Assembly (NCBI GenBank): GCA_963847445.1
Contig: CAWJZV010000016.1
Coordinates: forward strand, 1 to 64,000
Length of the DNA stretch: 64,000 bases
Source of the DNA: an uncultured delta proteobacterium
Lineage (GTDB): Bacteria > Desulfobacterota > Binatia > UBA9968
Direction: 5' to 3'
A program made the translations under genes and the position numbers. The notes beneath the pieces are model-generated. The model made no database searches, was not told the origin of the DNA, and was given only the letters and a program-made list of their open reading frames with translations. Below are positions 33,565 through 43,309 of this stretch, piece after piece. Every line of letters starts with the position of its first letter. The stretch's first letter is position 1.

Positions 33565-34707
33565 TCACTTCATCGCTAGATTGCTGACCGTCCCGAGCTC
33601 TTCGAGCTTGAAACCGCCATTGGAATTGGCCTGCTGAATGCGCCGCCATTCGTCATGATAGCCAGAAGTGTGGCCGCGGAAGTGCGGCATGACGTAGCGC
33701 GCAAACAGTTCGTAAGACCGGCGGACCTTCTCCGTGCCGGTCCATTCATGGGTGCTTAACAACAAACCGCCGAAGCCGCCGGTCTCTGCCTGCATGCGCT
33801 CGATCTGCTTGATGGCGTCATCCGGCGTGCCGATGATCCAATCGCGCCGGTCGGCGCCGGAGCGTGGGGTGATTTCGCTGAAGGGTTGACCCGGATAGGA
33901 CTCGTAGGGCGCTTTCAAGCCGATGGCGGCGAAGTATTCCATGTCGCGGCCGATGCTCGCCTCGACATCGCGCCACGCCTCTTCCTTGCTGTCGGCCAGA
34001 TAAACGCAGGTGGCGATGCGCCAGTTGTCGCGTGAAGTCGCGGTGCCATGTTTGGCCGCGATCGCTTCGACCTTGTTCCACTGCTCGGCTTTGGTCTGGT
34101 TGTTGCGGACGTTTTTTCCCGCCGGCGATAAAAATTGCATGCCGTACTTGCCCGCCAATTCGAGACTGATGGGATTGCCCGACGAGGCGATCGCCATCGG
34201 CAGGCGCGGCTGCTGATACGAGCGCAGCTGCAAGCGCATTTGTTTGAACTGCCAAAACTGGCCGTTGTAATCAATCGGCTCCGGCGACTCGAGCAAGCGC
34301 ACGATGATATCCACCGACTCGGCCATCATCGGATAGAGCTTTTCGTTGGGCAAACCGAAAAGCACTTTGTCCGTCACCAAGGCGCAAGGCCCGACGCCGA
34401 GGATCGCCCGCCCGCGCGTCAAATGATCGAGGAACGCCATGCGCTCGGCGACATAGTAAGGATGATGAAACGGCACGCTGATCACCGATGTGCCGAGACG
34501 AATGCGCTGGGCCTGCGCCGACGCTTTGGCCAACGCCATCTCCGGCGCCGGCATGGTCTCCCAACCGCCCGAGTGATGCTCGCCGATAAAGCACTCGTCA
34601 TAGCCGAGTTCGTCGGCGAGATGGATCAGCGAGATGTCGCGGTCGAAAGCTAGCGACGGGCTCTCGGTCGGATGATGCAGCGGCATCATGAAGAGTGAGA
34701 ATTTCAT
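33565..34707 (-). CDS. LLM-class flavin-dependent monooxygenase
   Basis: LGYDECFIGEHHS, IRLGTSVISVPFHHP, LDHLTRGR, ELFARYVMPHF. Confidence 0.92.
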   Translation of the reverse strand: MKFSLFMMPLHHPTESPSLAFDRDISLIHLADELGYDECFIGEHHSGGWETMPAPEMALAKASAQAQRIRLGTSVISVPFHHPYYVAERMAFLDHLTRGRAILGVGPCALVTDKVLFGLPNEKLYPMMAESVDIIVRLLESPEPIDYNGQFWQFKQMRLQLRSYQQPRLPMAIASSGNPISLELAGKYGMQFLSPAGKNVRNNQTKAEQWNKVEAIAAKHGTATSRDNWRIATCVYLADSKEEAWRDVEASIGRDMEYFAAIGLKAPYESYPGQPFSEITPRSGADRRDWIIGTPDDAIKQIERMQAETGGFGGLLLSTHEWTGTEKVRRSYELFARYVMPHFRGHTSGYHDEWRRIQQANSNGGFKLEELGTVSNLAMK

Positions 34708-34921
34708 AATTCGACTCCTTCTCAGTCAATCTCTACTGCGGAAACGGGATCGGGAGCAAGAGGATTGAAAGACGACACGGAAATTTCGTGACGCGATGGG
34801 AGCCGATATGACCCGCTGATCGTTAGCGTGCAAAACCACCGCCTGGATAGGCCGACCGGTAGTCGCCGATGCTTATGGCAGGTCACTTAACAGATTTCGC
34901 TTATTGTGCCAGAGGTACCGC

Positions 34922-34949
34922 TTGACGTTGTACGGCGTAGCCGTATAAT
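34922..34949 (+). promoter_or_regulatory. Sigma70 promoter with palindromic operator for the higBA-like pair
   Basis: TTGACG-16 nt-TATAAT; TACGGC-GTA-GCCGTA (34931-34945); ATG 7 nt after the -10 box. Confidence 0.8.
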
Positions 34950-34956
34950 CAATTCG

Positions 34957-35271
34957 ATGTACAGCTTCATCGAGACCAAGTTATTCACTCGCTTGGCGAA
35001 TGACCTTCTCTCGGATGACGAAATGCGGGAACTCCAATCTGCTCTTATCGACAATCCCGAGGCCGGAAACGTTGTTCCGGGTTCGGGAGGTGTGCGAAAG
35101 CTTCGCTGGCGAGCGCCTGGGCGAGGAAAGCGCGGCGGGTATCGCGTCATCTACTTTGCGAAGCTCGCTCAGGGCATTATTTGGATGCTGACAATTTATC
35201 CAAAGAACGTAGCGGAGAATATTCCTGCACACATCTTGCGCCAGATTCGTAAGGAGGTAGACGATGCCTAA
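34957..35271 (+). CDS. higB: RelE/HigB-family toxin
   Basis: FIETKLF..NPEAGNVVPGSGGVRKLRW..GRGKRGGYRVIY; toxin-first order. Confidence 0.88.
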   Translation: MYSFIETKLFTRLANDLLSDDEMRELQSALIDNPEAGNVVPGSGGVRKLRWRAPGRGKRGGYRVIYFAKLAQGIIWMLTIYPKNVAENIPAHILRQIRKEVDDA

Positions 35272-35536
35272 GAGCAAACGAAATATCGGTCTGGAAATTC
35301 TTCAAGGGCTGCGCGAACTCAAACGCGGAGAATATGGCCGCGTGACGACGGTTCCAAGTGTAGCAAGTATTCGAGAAAAGACTGGCTTGTCTCAGGCAAG
35401 ATTCGCTCAACTTCTGGGAGTGTCCGTCCGAACACTGCAGGACTGGGAGCAAGGTCGTCGAGCCCCCTCCGGCGCTGCAAAAACCCTGCTCATGGTTGCT
35501 CACAAGAATCCGCGCGCACTTCTTGAAGTTGCATGA
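35264..35536 (+). CDS. higA: HigA-like XRE HTH antitoxin
   Basis: IREKTGLSQARFAQLLGVSVRTLQDWEQGRRAPSGAA. Confidence 0.9.
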   Translation: MPKSKRNIGLEILQGLRELKRGEYGRVTTVPSVASIREKTGLSQARFAQLLGVSVRTLQDWEQGRRAPSGAAKTLLMVAHKNPRALLEVA

Positions 35537-36763
35537 CCGAAAATCCCTTGCGCCCGGGATAAGCCAACCGGCATTTGTCGCCGCCTACGATGGGTCACTT
35601 AATAGTTGGGTGGCACGAGAGACGCTTGACCTAATTGGAGACTAATCCGCAACGACCATGCAGCGCGGAAGGCGAGACCAAATCCTTGTTGATAGGTGTG
35701 CGGATTATTGACTCAGGTGCCGCGGATGTTTCGCTCGATTTTGGCCGGAGGCTGTTGGAGGTTGCCAATGTCCAGCCTGGCACGCTCGTCTGGACATCGC
35801 CTCCGGGGCGAGGCGCGGTTGAACGCTTTGCAGGCCGGTCCACAACGCTGAACCGGCAGGGACGGCTAGTCAGGGGTTGATCTGGCTCGTCTGCGACGGA
35901 CCGCCTGACCAGCCAGGAAGCGGCAAGTCGTGGACTCAAACGGCGCGTGTGACGTAATGGATGCGCGCAGAACTAGATCTCACCCCGCGATGCGGCTTTC
36001 GATTGCGATGACTTGCCGGTATCGGCATCACGTTCCTCACTGACCAGGCATCGCGGCCTCGCGCAATGCGGCGGCGTGCTCAAACCTGGCGGTTGTCTTG
36101 CCGATCTACTTGGAGGGTCACGCAAGGCGACGGCTGAGACCGGTTCCGAGTGCGAAGGAAGTCCTCCAGGTCGCAACGCCGGCTGGGATCGCTCGAACCG
36201 GAGATTCTCGAGGCCTAAGGTCGCGCCGAATGGGGTCACGGGAACTGGCGTAACGATCTCTTCCGATGGAATGTCTCGCCACGCTGATGCTGCAGGAAGT
36301 CTGGCACTTTACAGGGCACAACGACTGGCCCTCCTACGTCCCGAGACTCGTCGAATGCACGCCGACGGTCGCGAAGCTGGTTATACCCAGACGCATGTCG
36401 CTCGGCACAGCTATTACCATGTGGTGTGTAATATTCGGTCACCCCAAGGCGTCGACGCGGGTCGTGCGCTCACCAAGAATCTGCGCGGCTTACTAGAGAA
36501 AGCATGGAAGTCTTGGTTCGTCACAATCGAACGTAGACCAGATGACCTTACGATCGAGGTCTTTTAAGATGCCGCCTAGTCGTAGGACGTTAAACGGCTG
36601 AGCTATCTCGCCCCATAAACCCAACTGCCGTACTCTGACAGATCGCGCAGAGATTCGATTTGCCCCGCTTGATGAGTATTGCGATTGGTGACGCTAGCGC
36701 GTCGTAAGCTTAGCGTGGGCAGAGACGCCTTGTGGTTTGTCGAGGTCTGGAGCGCGGCTCTGC

Positions 36764-37550
36764 CTAGCCGACGATCGCTTTGACCTTGGCTTGCGCTTCC
36801 AGGCCCTTCTCTTTCATCAGCGGCAGATAATTCGCATTAAACCATTTCTCCAGCGCTTCGCTGTAGGCGCGGCGCTCGCGCAACCGGTCGTACCACTCGG
36901 GAATGTGCGGACGCTTGTCCCAGAGAAATTGCAATTGTAGGTGGTCGAGCCGGGTGACGTACGGGGCGAACCCAATGTCGGCCAGGGAAAATTCTGTGCC
37001 GGCCAGCCATGGCGAGTCCGCTAATGTCGTTTCCATGTCGCTGAGTAGTTTATCGAAGCGTTTTATCGCTTCCGGAAAAAATCGCGACTCAACTCCTTTG
37101 GTAACATTCTCCCAGCTTTTTTCTCGTTTCACCGGATCGGGCATCTTCTTGTGAAACTCTTCGAGCGCCTCCATGCCGATGGCGAGTTTTTGATAGCGAA
37201 AGGCGATCGCCGAGCTCACCACACTGGTCGCCGCGTGCACCCCTTCGTCGAGCTGCTTGGTCCACAGCCGCATGCGCGCGCGCCCGGCGGCGTCTTTCGG
37301 CTTTAGGCGTCGGTTCGGGATAGGCGTCGTCGAGATACTCGCAGATCACCGTCGACTCGATGATCACCGTGCCGTTGTCGACCAGCGTCGGCACCACCGC
37401 GTTGGGGTTGAGCTTTAGATACTCCGGCTGCTGCTGATCGCCGGCGCGCAGATTTAAATGATGACTCTCCCAGGCGAGCTTTTTCTCAGCCAGGACAAAG
37501 CGCACTTTCTGAGCGCACACCGACATATCGTTGTGATAAAGTTCGATCAT
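36764..37550 (-). CDS. Glutathione S-transferase family protein (frameshift near 37300)
   Basis: SVCAQKVR..LKLNPNAVVPTL..ESTVICEYLDD; WLAGTEFSLADI. Confidence 0.9.
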
Positions 37551-37940
37551 CGCCGCACCTTCCTTATTGTCTTAAGTTCGTTAGGCTTTCCTGTGGATAA
37601 TATGACCTAGAAGCCCGAGGAAAATTATTTTGGTCACATGTCACCTCATGGCTAACGAATCAATGGGATTACTTTGTGGGCGCAACTTGCCAATCTTGGA
37701 ATGGCTTCCCTATAGGCGCGACCGCTTGTTTACGACAAATTGGTCGATTGGACAAGTGTCGTTACCTGGATCTCACCTCAAGATTGATTGAGTGAAGTGT
37801 CAATACCTGTGTGTCGAAGCGGCGACCCAGCGTAAACACAACAATTGTCCCCCTTGGCTCGTTAGCGGAGATGAGCTATATGAAAACCGCCACGCTGTGG
37901 TCAAAGATGGCACCGGCCACTATGCTGAAGGAGGCGGAAA

Positions 37941-39017
37941 ATGGCACCACCCCAAACCGTCGACGGCTTTCGCTTTATGCAGTTTGCTTTATGCGGGCTG
38001 CTACTCGCAATTTTTTTTGCGGCTTGTCAAGTTCACGCTCAAACTCATTTCTATAAAGATAAAACGATTACGGTTCTCGCAGCCACCAATCCCGGCGGCA
38101 CCGCCGATATGCGCATCAGAACCGTCGTTTCGGTGCTGCAAAAGCATGTTCCCGGAAATCCGACCATCGTTGTCAAGTACATGGCTGGTGGAGGCGGGCG
38201 GATGGCGGCCAACCAGCTCTACAAATCGACGGCACCGGATGGCTTGACGATGGGCGCCATGCTTTCCTCTTACATACCCGCAGCGGTGATCGGGGATCCC
38301 GGCGCCCTCTACGACATCCAGAAAATGATCTTTCTTGGAACGCCGTATAGCGGCCACCCGCATATTTTTATCAGCCGGCGAGGCGCGGGAGCGGACACAC
38401 TGGAAAAATTGCGATCCATACCCAACCTGCGCTTGGGTGCCCAGTCGGTTGGACACACGATCTATTATACCGGCCGAATGTTCGCCTATCTGATCGGCCT
38501 CAAGGAGCCAAAGTCCGTCATCGGCTATAGCGGTCCGGAGCTCGATATAGCCTTTCAAAGCGGCGAGGTGGACGCCAGGTCCAATCACCCCGACAACCCG
38601 ATTCGGCAAGGGTTGCTGGAAAAAGGTATCGTCAATGTGCACGCGATGATCGAAGTTCCCAGGGGACACAAACATCCGCATCCACGATACGCACAGTTGC
38701 CGAGTCTCGAAAGCTTCGCAAAGTCGGAGACGGAACGGAAACTTGTGGCCTTGCATCGGACCTTTCAGCTATCCGGGGCTCCGTTCGTGCTGCCGCCAGG
38801 CACGCCGAATGATCAGGTGACGATTCTTCAGCAAGCCATGCGCCGCACGTTCAATGATTCCGAGTTTCTCAAAGAGTACGAAAAAGTCGGCGACGACTCG
38901 CCGCCGCTGATGCCGGAAACGCTGACCCAGCTCATCCGGGATTTGCCGCGCAATGATGAAGTCGTCGACCTGTTCAAAAAACTCTTCGGAGCCGACCCCC
39001 TGCCGCCTCGGCCGTAA
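37941..39017 (+). CDS. Bug/TctC-like solute-binding protein
   Basis: FYKDKTITVL..PGGTAD, APDGLT, LPPGTPNDQV. Confidence 0.82.
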   Translation: MAPPQTVDGFRFMQFALCGLLLAIFFAACQVHAQTHFYKDKTITVLAATNPGGTADMRIRTVVSVLQKHVPGNPTIVVKYMAGGGGRMAANQLYKSTAPDGLTMGAMLSSYIPAAVIGDPGALYDIQKMIFLGTPYSGHPHIFISRRGAGADTLEKLRSIPNLRLGAQSVGHTIYYTGRMFAYLIGLKEPKSVIGYSGPELDIAFQSGEVDARSNHPDNPIRQGLLEKGIVNVHAMIEVPRGHKHPHPRYAQLPSLESFAKSETERKLVALHRTFQLSGAPFVLPPGTPNDQVTILQQAMRRTFNDSEFLKEYEKVGDDSPPLMPETLTQLIRDLPRNDEVVDLFKKLFGADPLPPRP

Positions 39018-39102
39018 GGCATCTAGCGAAGCAGTCAAGCGCGCTTTAAGTATCTCCGCGTGACGAGTCAGCCGCGCTCGTCGCGATCGCGTCGCACAAG
39101 AC

Positions 39103-39651
39103 TCATGAAGGCCCGGCAATCTCCTGACCGTTGTGTATCAACTTGCCAGCAACCGGCACGGGATTTTTCAGCGAGTTGATTGTGTGGCAGCCCATCTCAA
39201 TCAATTGCAGCATTTCTTGCACCTTCTCAGACGGCGCCGGACTTTGGATTTTGAAAATGTACGTCAGCTCCTTGCAGCCCGGCGAAACATCCGCCAGCAA
39301 AAGTTTGCCGCGCGTATCGTAAGTCATGCGAATATCCATCTCGGCGTCCTCGATCTCGATGTCCAGCTGTGACGCGTACCGCGCCAATTGGCTGAACATT
39401 CAAAACCCCGTCGCCGCGACGAAGTACTGCAACGGCGATGGCGCCTGGCCGCCGCCCTTGCGCGACTTCGCCTCGTCGCACTGGATGGTGTATTCGCCGA
39501 TTCGCGCCTCTTTCAACTGGCCTTCGATAAGCCGAATCACTGCGCGGGTGGTCGTGGTATATCCTTCCGGCCCTTGCTTCGCGCGCTCTTGCTGCTCGCG
39601 ATGCACTTCGCGAAACGCGTCCCGGTCGATCTTACTTTCAGTCGTAGCCAT
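39103..39651 (-). CDS. OsmC-like selenoprotein (182 aa, predicted Sec84 at TGA 39400-39402)
   Basis: DEAKSRKGGGQAPSPLQYFVAATGF-TGA-MFSQ; TGA is at the conserved first Cys of OsmC/Ohr; second Cys retained in MGCHT; both halves in frame; hairpin follows. Confidence 0.88.
39359..39399 (-). promoter_or_regulatory. Putative SECIS element (OsmC-like gene)
   Basis: ATGTTCAGC/GCTGGACAT lower stem; TGGCGCG-GTA-CGCGTCA upper stem directly after the TGA. Confidence 0.75.
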
Positions 39652-39709
39652 AAAGTGCTTCCTCTATCAGTCCCTCTGGTTAAATTTCCACGAACAAAAA
39701 CTGAGTTGA

Positions 39710-40270
39710 TTAACCGCGCAGAAAATCATCGCCTTTGATCCCGGTGGCGTCGGCCATGCGGTCGTTAAAATTGTACAGACAGATCACGTAAACGATGTCT
39801 AAAATATCGCGGTCGTCGAAGCCGTGGGAGCGCAGCGCCTTGATATCGTCCTCGTTCGCCGTCGACGGTGCAACCGTCAGCTTGACCGCGTAATCCAACA
39901 TCGCCCGCTCTGCGGAAGATAAATTCAACTTTGTGTAATCGTGCTTAATTCCTTCGACCAAAGGATCGTCGTTCGATTCGGTACGGAGAGCCTCTCCGTG
40001 CGCGGTCATTCAATAGCTGCAGTGATTGGTCGCCGACACCACCGTTGCGATCATCTCGCGTTGGCGGCGCGTGATGCGCGATTCGCCGCGCATAATCGAC
40101 ACGTCGAGCGCGCGCCAGGCGGCGAGGTTGTCGGGATTGAGGCTTTGCACCTGGCGGATCATGGAAACTTTGCCGCGCTCCGCCGATGGGCCGGAGCCCG
40201 ACTCGTAAATCTCCTTGAGCTTGCCGGTCGCCTCGCCCGGCGGCACTGTTTTGATATAGGGCATGGTCAC
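39710..40270 (-). CDS. AhpD/CMD-like selenoprotein A (186 aa, CxxU; TGA 40010-40012)
   Basis: REMIATVVSATNHCSY-TGA-MTAH gives C-x-x-U-x3-H; the C-terminal half (AMLDYAVKLT..LRSHGFDD..YNFNDRMAD) is in frame. Confidence 0.9.
39983..39999 (-). promoter_or_regulatory. Putative SECIS element (AhpD-like A)
   Basis: ACGGAGA-GGC-TCTCCGT, starting 10 nt after the TGA. Confidence 0.75.
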
Positions 40271-40476
40271 TCCTTCTGCCCGGCCACGGCCCGACGCGCT
40301 TGCTTCTCCGACAAGACATGTCTGACCGCTTCGACGATTTCATACCGATAGCTGGCTCGGTCCGGATTGGCGCGCAGCATGTCGACAATCTTTTGCGCCT
40401 CGGCCTGCGAGTAAAACAAGCCGACGGTGCTGACAGCGCCACCGGGACCGATTTCGTTGACGTAAAGTTTTTCCAT
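40267..40476 (-). CDS. Small hypothetical protein (69 aa) in the selenoprotein operon
   Basis: AAAGGTGA RBS; overlaps the next gene by 4 nt (GTGA). Confidence 0.6.
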   Translation of the reverse strand: MEKLYVNEIGPGGAVSTVGLFYSQAEAQKIVDMLRANPDRASYRYEIVEAVRHVLSEKQARRAVAGQKE

Positions 40477-40546
40477 CGATCACCTTTCCGAACTTCGCGC
40501 CTTTGCGCCTTTGCGAGAGATATTCGTTTCTGGTGACCCATTCATG

Positions 40547-41453
40547 CTAATAGGTTTTCGGCGTTTTGTAGCCGACTTGCTTGCGCTCTTTCATGAACGC
40601 CTTATAGGTTTCGGGATGAGACTTCACGATATACGGACACGCGTCGACGCAGAGATGACAGTACTCTTCGCGCAGTCGCGAGTAGGGGTAGCACTTCTCC
40701 AGATCGATCAGCCAGCGCTTGATGCCCATGGGTCATGACGTGATCCTGTGGAATCGCGTCGCCCGGGCAGTTGCGCTGGCAGACGTTGCAGTTCATGCAG
40801 AAGTCCTGCACGCCGAACTCGCGCGGCTGATCTTCCAGCAGCGGCAAATCAGTGGTCACGAAACCTGGACGAAAGCTCGCGCCGTACTTTTCGTTGATCA
40901 AGCTACCGTGGCGACCGAGCTCGCCGAAACCGACTTGATAGAAAATCGGAATCGCCTGAACCTCGCTGGCGCCGTTATGGTGCGCGATCGCTGGATAGCC
41001 CATCTCGCGCACGTAGGCCGCTAGCGCCGTCGCGATCTCGGTGCACTTCGCGTAGGTTCGCATCGCTTCTTCCTCGACAGCGTCGGGCCCCTGAGTAACC
41101 TTTTCATAATCCTCCGCGACGCAACAAGCGATTACGAACTCATGCGGCACTTCCGAGCCGAGATCGATCATATGCGGCTGCAAGCGGCAGACACCGACCA
41201 TATTGGCGCCCAATTCCGTCGCCTTCGCTTTGATCTGCGCGGTCATCGCCGCCGGATCGCTGACCGTTACCCGCTGCGGATTAACGGGACCGTCGCGATA
41301 AGGCGCCAGTTTCACCCAACTGGCGCGATAAGCTTGAATGGTCGGCTTCACCGCCGCGTAGTGGCGCGACTCCGTCGCCCCCGTGGCATGAACCATTTCG
41401 GCTAATACCGGGTCAGCCATGCCCTGCTCTCTTCGAGGCGTTATCCCACGCAT
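40547..41453 (-). CDS. Short reductive dehalogenase/QueG-like cobalamin and 2x[4Fe-4S] protein (frameshift near 40728)
   Basis: IKAKATELGANMVGV, LAAYVREMGYPA, GFGELGRHGSLI..VTTDLPL, FCMNCNVCQRNCP and KC-x10-CHLCVDACP; no Tat signal and no rdhB anchor gene. Confidence 0.82.
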
Positions 41454-41501
41454 TACATCGTCCTCCTATTCAATCGGCTCCCCATGTTGCATTGATCCCG
41501 C

Positions 41502-41945
41502 TTAGCGCGGCGCTACGCCGAAAGCCGCCGCCATGCGAATCGCGTAATTGTGATAAGCGATCGTAGTGGCGACTAACAATACTTCACTGTCGCTAAAACC
41601 TACCGCTCGCAACTCGTCGACATCGCGCTTGCGCACCGAAGCCTCGTCGATAGTGCCTTTCTCCGTATAGGCCAGCACCGCCTGCTCCGCAGCCGTGAGC
41701 GAGAGCGCGCGCCAATCGCTTGCGGCCTGGGCGGCGAATGGTTGATCTAGCGGGCCGCGCAAGGCTTCGACGAAACCCTGGCAACGCAAGCAGCCGGCAA
41801 CCACAATGCCGATCAAGCTGTACAGGCGCGGCGTCAATTGTTCGACGAGCAGGCGGCGCATGGCAGTGTCCGCTTCGAGCGCGCCGGGCGCCGCGCTGAG
41901 CAGATCCTCAATCCCTTTACCTGCGACCATCCGCAGGCGGCTCAT
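41502..41945 (-). CDS. AhpD-like paralog without the Sec position
   Basis: C-terminal DWRALSLTAAEQAVLAYTEK..LRAVGFSD..YHNYAIRM matches its neighbours; motif region reads VVAGCLRCQGF. Confidence 0.75.
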   Translation of the reverse strand: MSRLRMVAGKGIEDLLSAAPGALEADTAMRRLLVEQLTPRLYSLIGIVVAGCLRCQGFVEALRGPLDQPFAAQAASDWRALSLTAAEQAVLAYTEKGTIDEASVRKRDVDELRAVGFSDSEVLLVATTIAYHNYAIRMAAAFGVAPR

Positions 41946-42011
41946 GGGTCATCCTCGTAGAGCGAAGTCTGCAGCTGTTCGCGAGTCACGCCGAAGGCTT
42001 GCAAAATTTCC

Positions 42012-42590
42012 TCAGGGAAAGTCGAACTTCTCTTCCTCGACGCCGAGCAAATCGGCGATGCGGTCTACCCAGTTTCGATAACCGGCGCCCAGACCGATGG
42101 AAAGAATTTGCTCGTCGCTAAAGCCCGCCTGGCGCAGCGCTTCGATATCGGCGTCGGTGATTTGGCTCGGCGTCACGGTAAACTTCTCGGTAAACGCCAG
42201 CATCGCTTTCTCCTGATCGTCCAATTCGGCGTCACGCCAGTTGGAGATCACCTTGGCGACTTCCTCCACCGCCATCTTGCCGTCGACACGGAGAAACTCC
42301 CCGTGACCGATGCCTCAAAACCGGCAACCGCTCAGCGCCGCAACCTGGGTGGCGATAAGCTCTTCCTTGCGCCGGCCCAAACCGGAATTACCGGGCCGAT
42401 AAATGCCCTTGTCGAAGCCGACCCGAGCCTCGAGCAGCTCCGGGCATAGGCTGAAGATGATCACGATGGGCGGCAGCTTGTCTCCTCGCCGCTGCCGCAC
42501 CGATGGGCTCAACCTGGCGAGGGTCCGATCATAAACATTTTTGAGTTCGCCCGTGGCTTCGTCTTCGGCGATAACTTTAATGAAACTCAT
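42012..42590 (-). CDS. AhpD/CMD-like selenoprotein B (192 aa, CxxU; TGA 42315-42317)
   Basis: KEELIATQVAALSGCRF-TGA-GIGHGEFLR continues in frame into the 42012-42275 ORF. Confidence 0.9.
42287..42305 (-). promoter_or_regulatory. Putative SECIS element (AhpD-like B)
   Basis: CACGGGGA-GTT-TCTCCGTG, starting 9 nt after the TGA. Confidence 0.72.
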
Positions 42591-42617
42591 AAGTTTTGCC
42601 CTGCCTGCAGATTTGAA

Positions 42618-42651
42618 TTGACCTCCTACTACTAATCGTATAAGCAGTCAA
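42618..42651. promoter_or_regulatory. 34-bp operator/promoter element, copy 1
   Basis: TTGACCTCCTACTACTAATCGTATAAGCAGTCAA in a divergent intergenic region; 31/34 identical to 45177-45210. Confidence 0.8.
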
Positions 42652-42731
42652 TCCTAATTACAGTAGCGACCCATTCGGAAACTCAAGTAAGCCGAAGCCG
42701 GGACAGTCAGCAAAAAATAAGAGGAGATCCA

Positions 42732-43223
42732 ATGGCAAAACAACTCAATGCGGGAGATTTGTTTCCGGCATACCAGGTTCAGACGACAGACGGCCGAACC
42801 CTTCATCTGCCGCGCGACCTTAGCGGTGAATATTCCGTACTGATCTTCTATCGCGGCATTTGGTGACCCTACTGCCTTCGGCAGTTAGCCGACTACCAAG
42901 CACACATCGACGCTTTTAAGAACGAAAAGATCGACATCGTTGCTCTATCGGTCGATCCTCTCGACAAGGCCAAAGAAACAGTTGACAAGCTGCAGCTTAC
43001 ATTCCCCGTGGCTTACGGCCTCGAAGTGCCACGGGACGCGGACAAAGTGGGCGCGTTCTGGGAAGAGCGCAGGAAAATCCTTCACGCGACAAACTTCATC
43101 CTGGACTCGGACAAGAAAGTTTGCGACGCATCGTACAGCATCGGCCCCATCGGGCGAATCGTTGCCGTGGATGCGTTGAGCCATATCCAGTTTTTCAAGA
43201 AGAGAAAAACACAGAAAACCTAG
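42732..43223 (+). CDS. Peroxiredoxin-like (AhpC/TSA) selenoprotein A (163 aa, UxxC; TGA 42864-42866)
   Basis: GAGGAG RBS; MAKQLNAGDLFP..VLIFYRGIW-TGA-PYCLRQL..VALSVD; the ORF track misses the N-terminal half. Confidence 0.9.
42878..42892 (+). promoter_or_regulatory. Putative SECIS element (Prx-like A)
   Basis: TCGGC-AGTTA-GCCGA, starting 11 nt after the TGA; a competing hairpin ACTGCC-TTC-GGCAGT is also possible. Confidence 0.6.
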
Positions 43224-43309
43224 TTCGGGGAACCTATCGGCGTGGATGATCGTTATTGCGCATACCGACTCGATATAGCGGATCGCCATATTTGACAGAA
43301 GGAGGGTTT

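Noticed and set aside
40719-40735. Programmed frameshift in the RdhA-like gene
   Set aside because: One extra G in a short G run (CATGGGCATC) explains it, and similar indels occur throughout the window.
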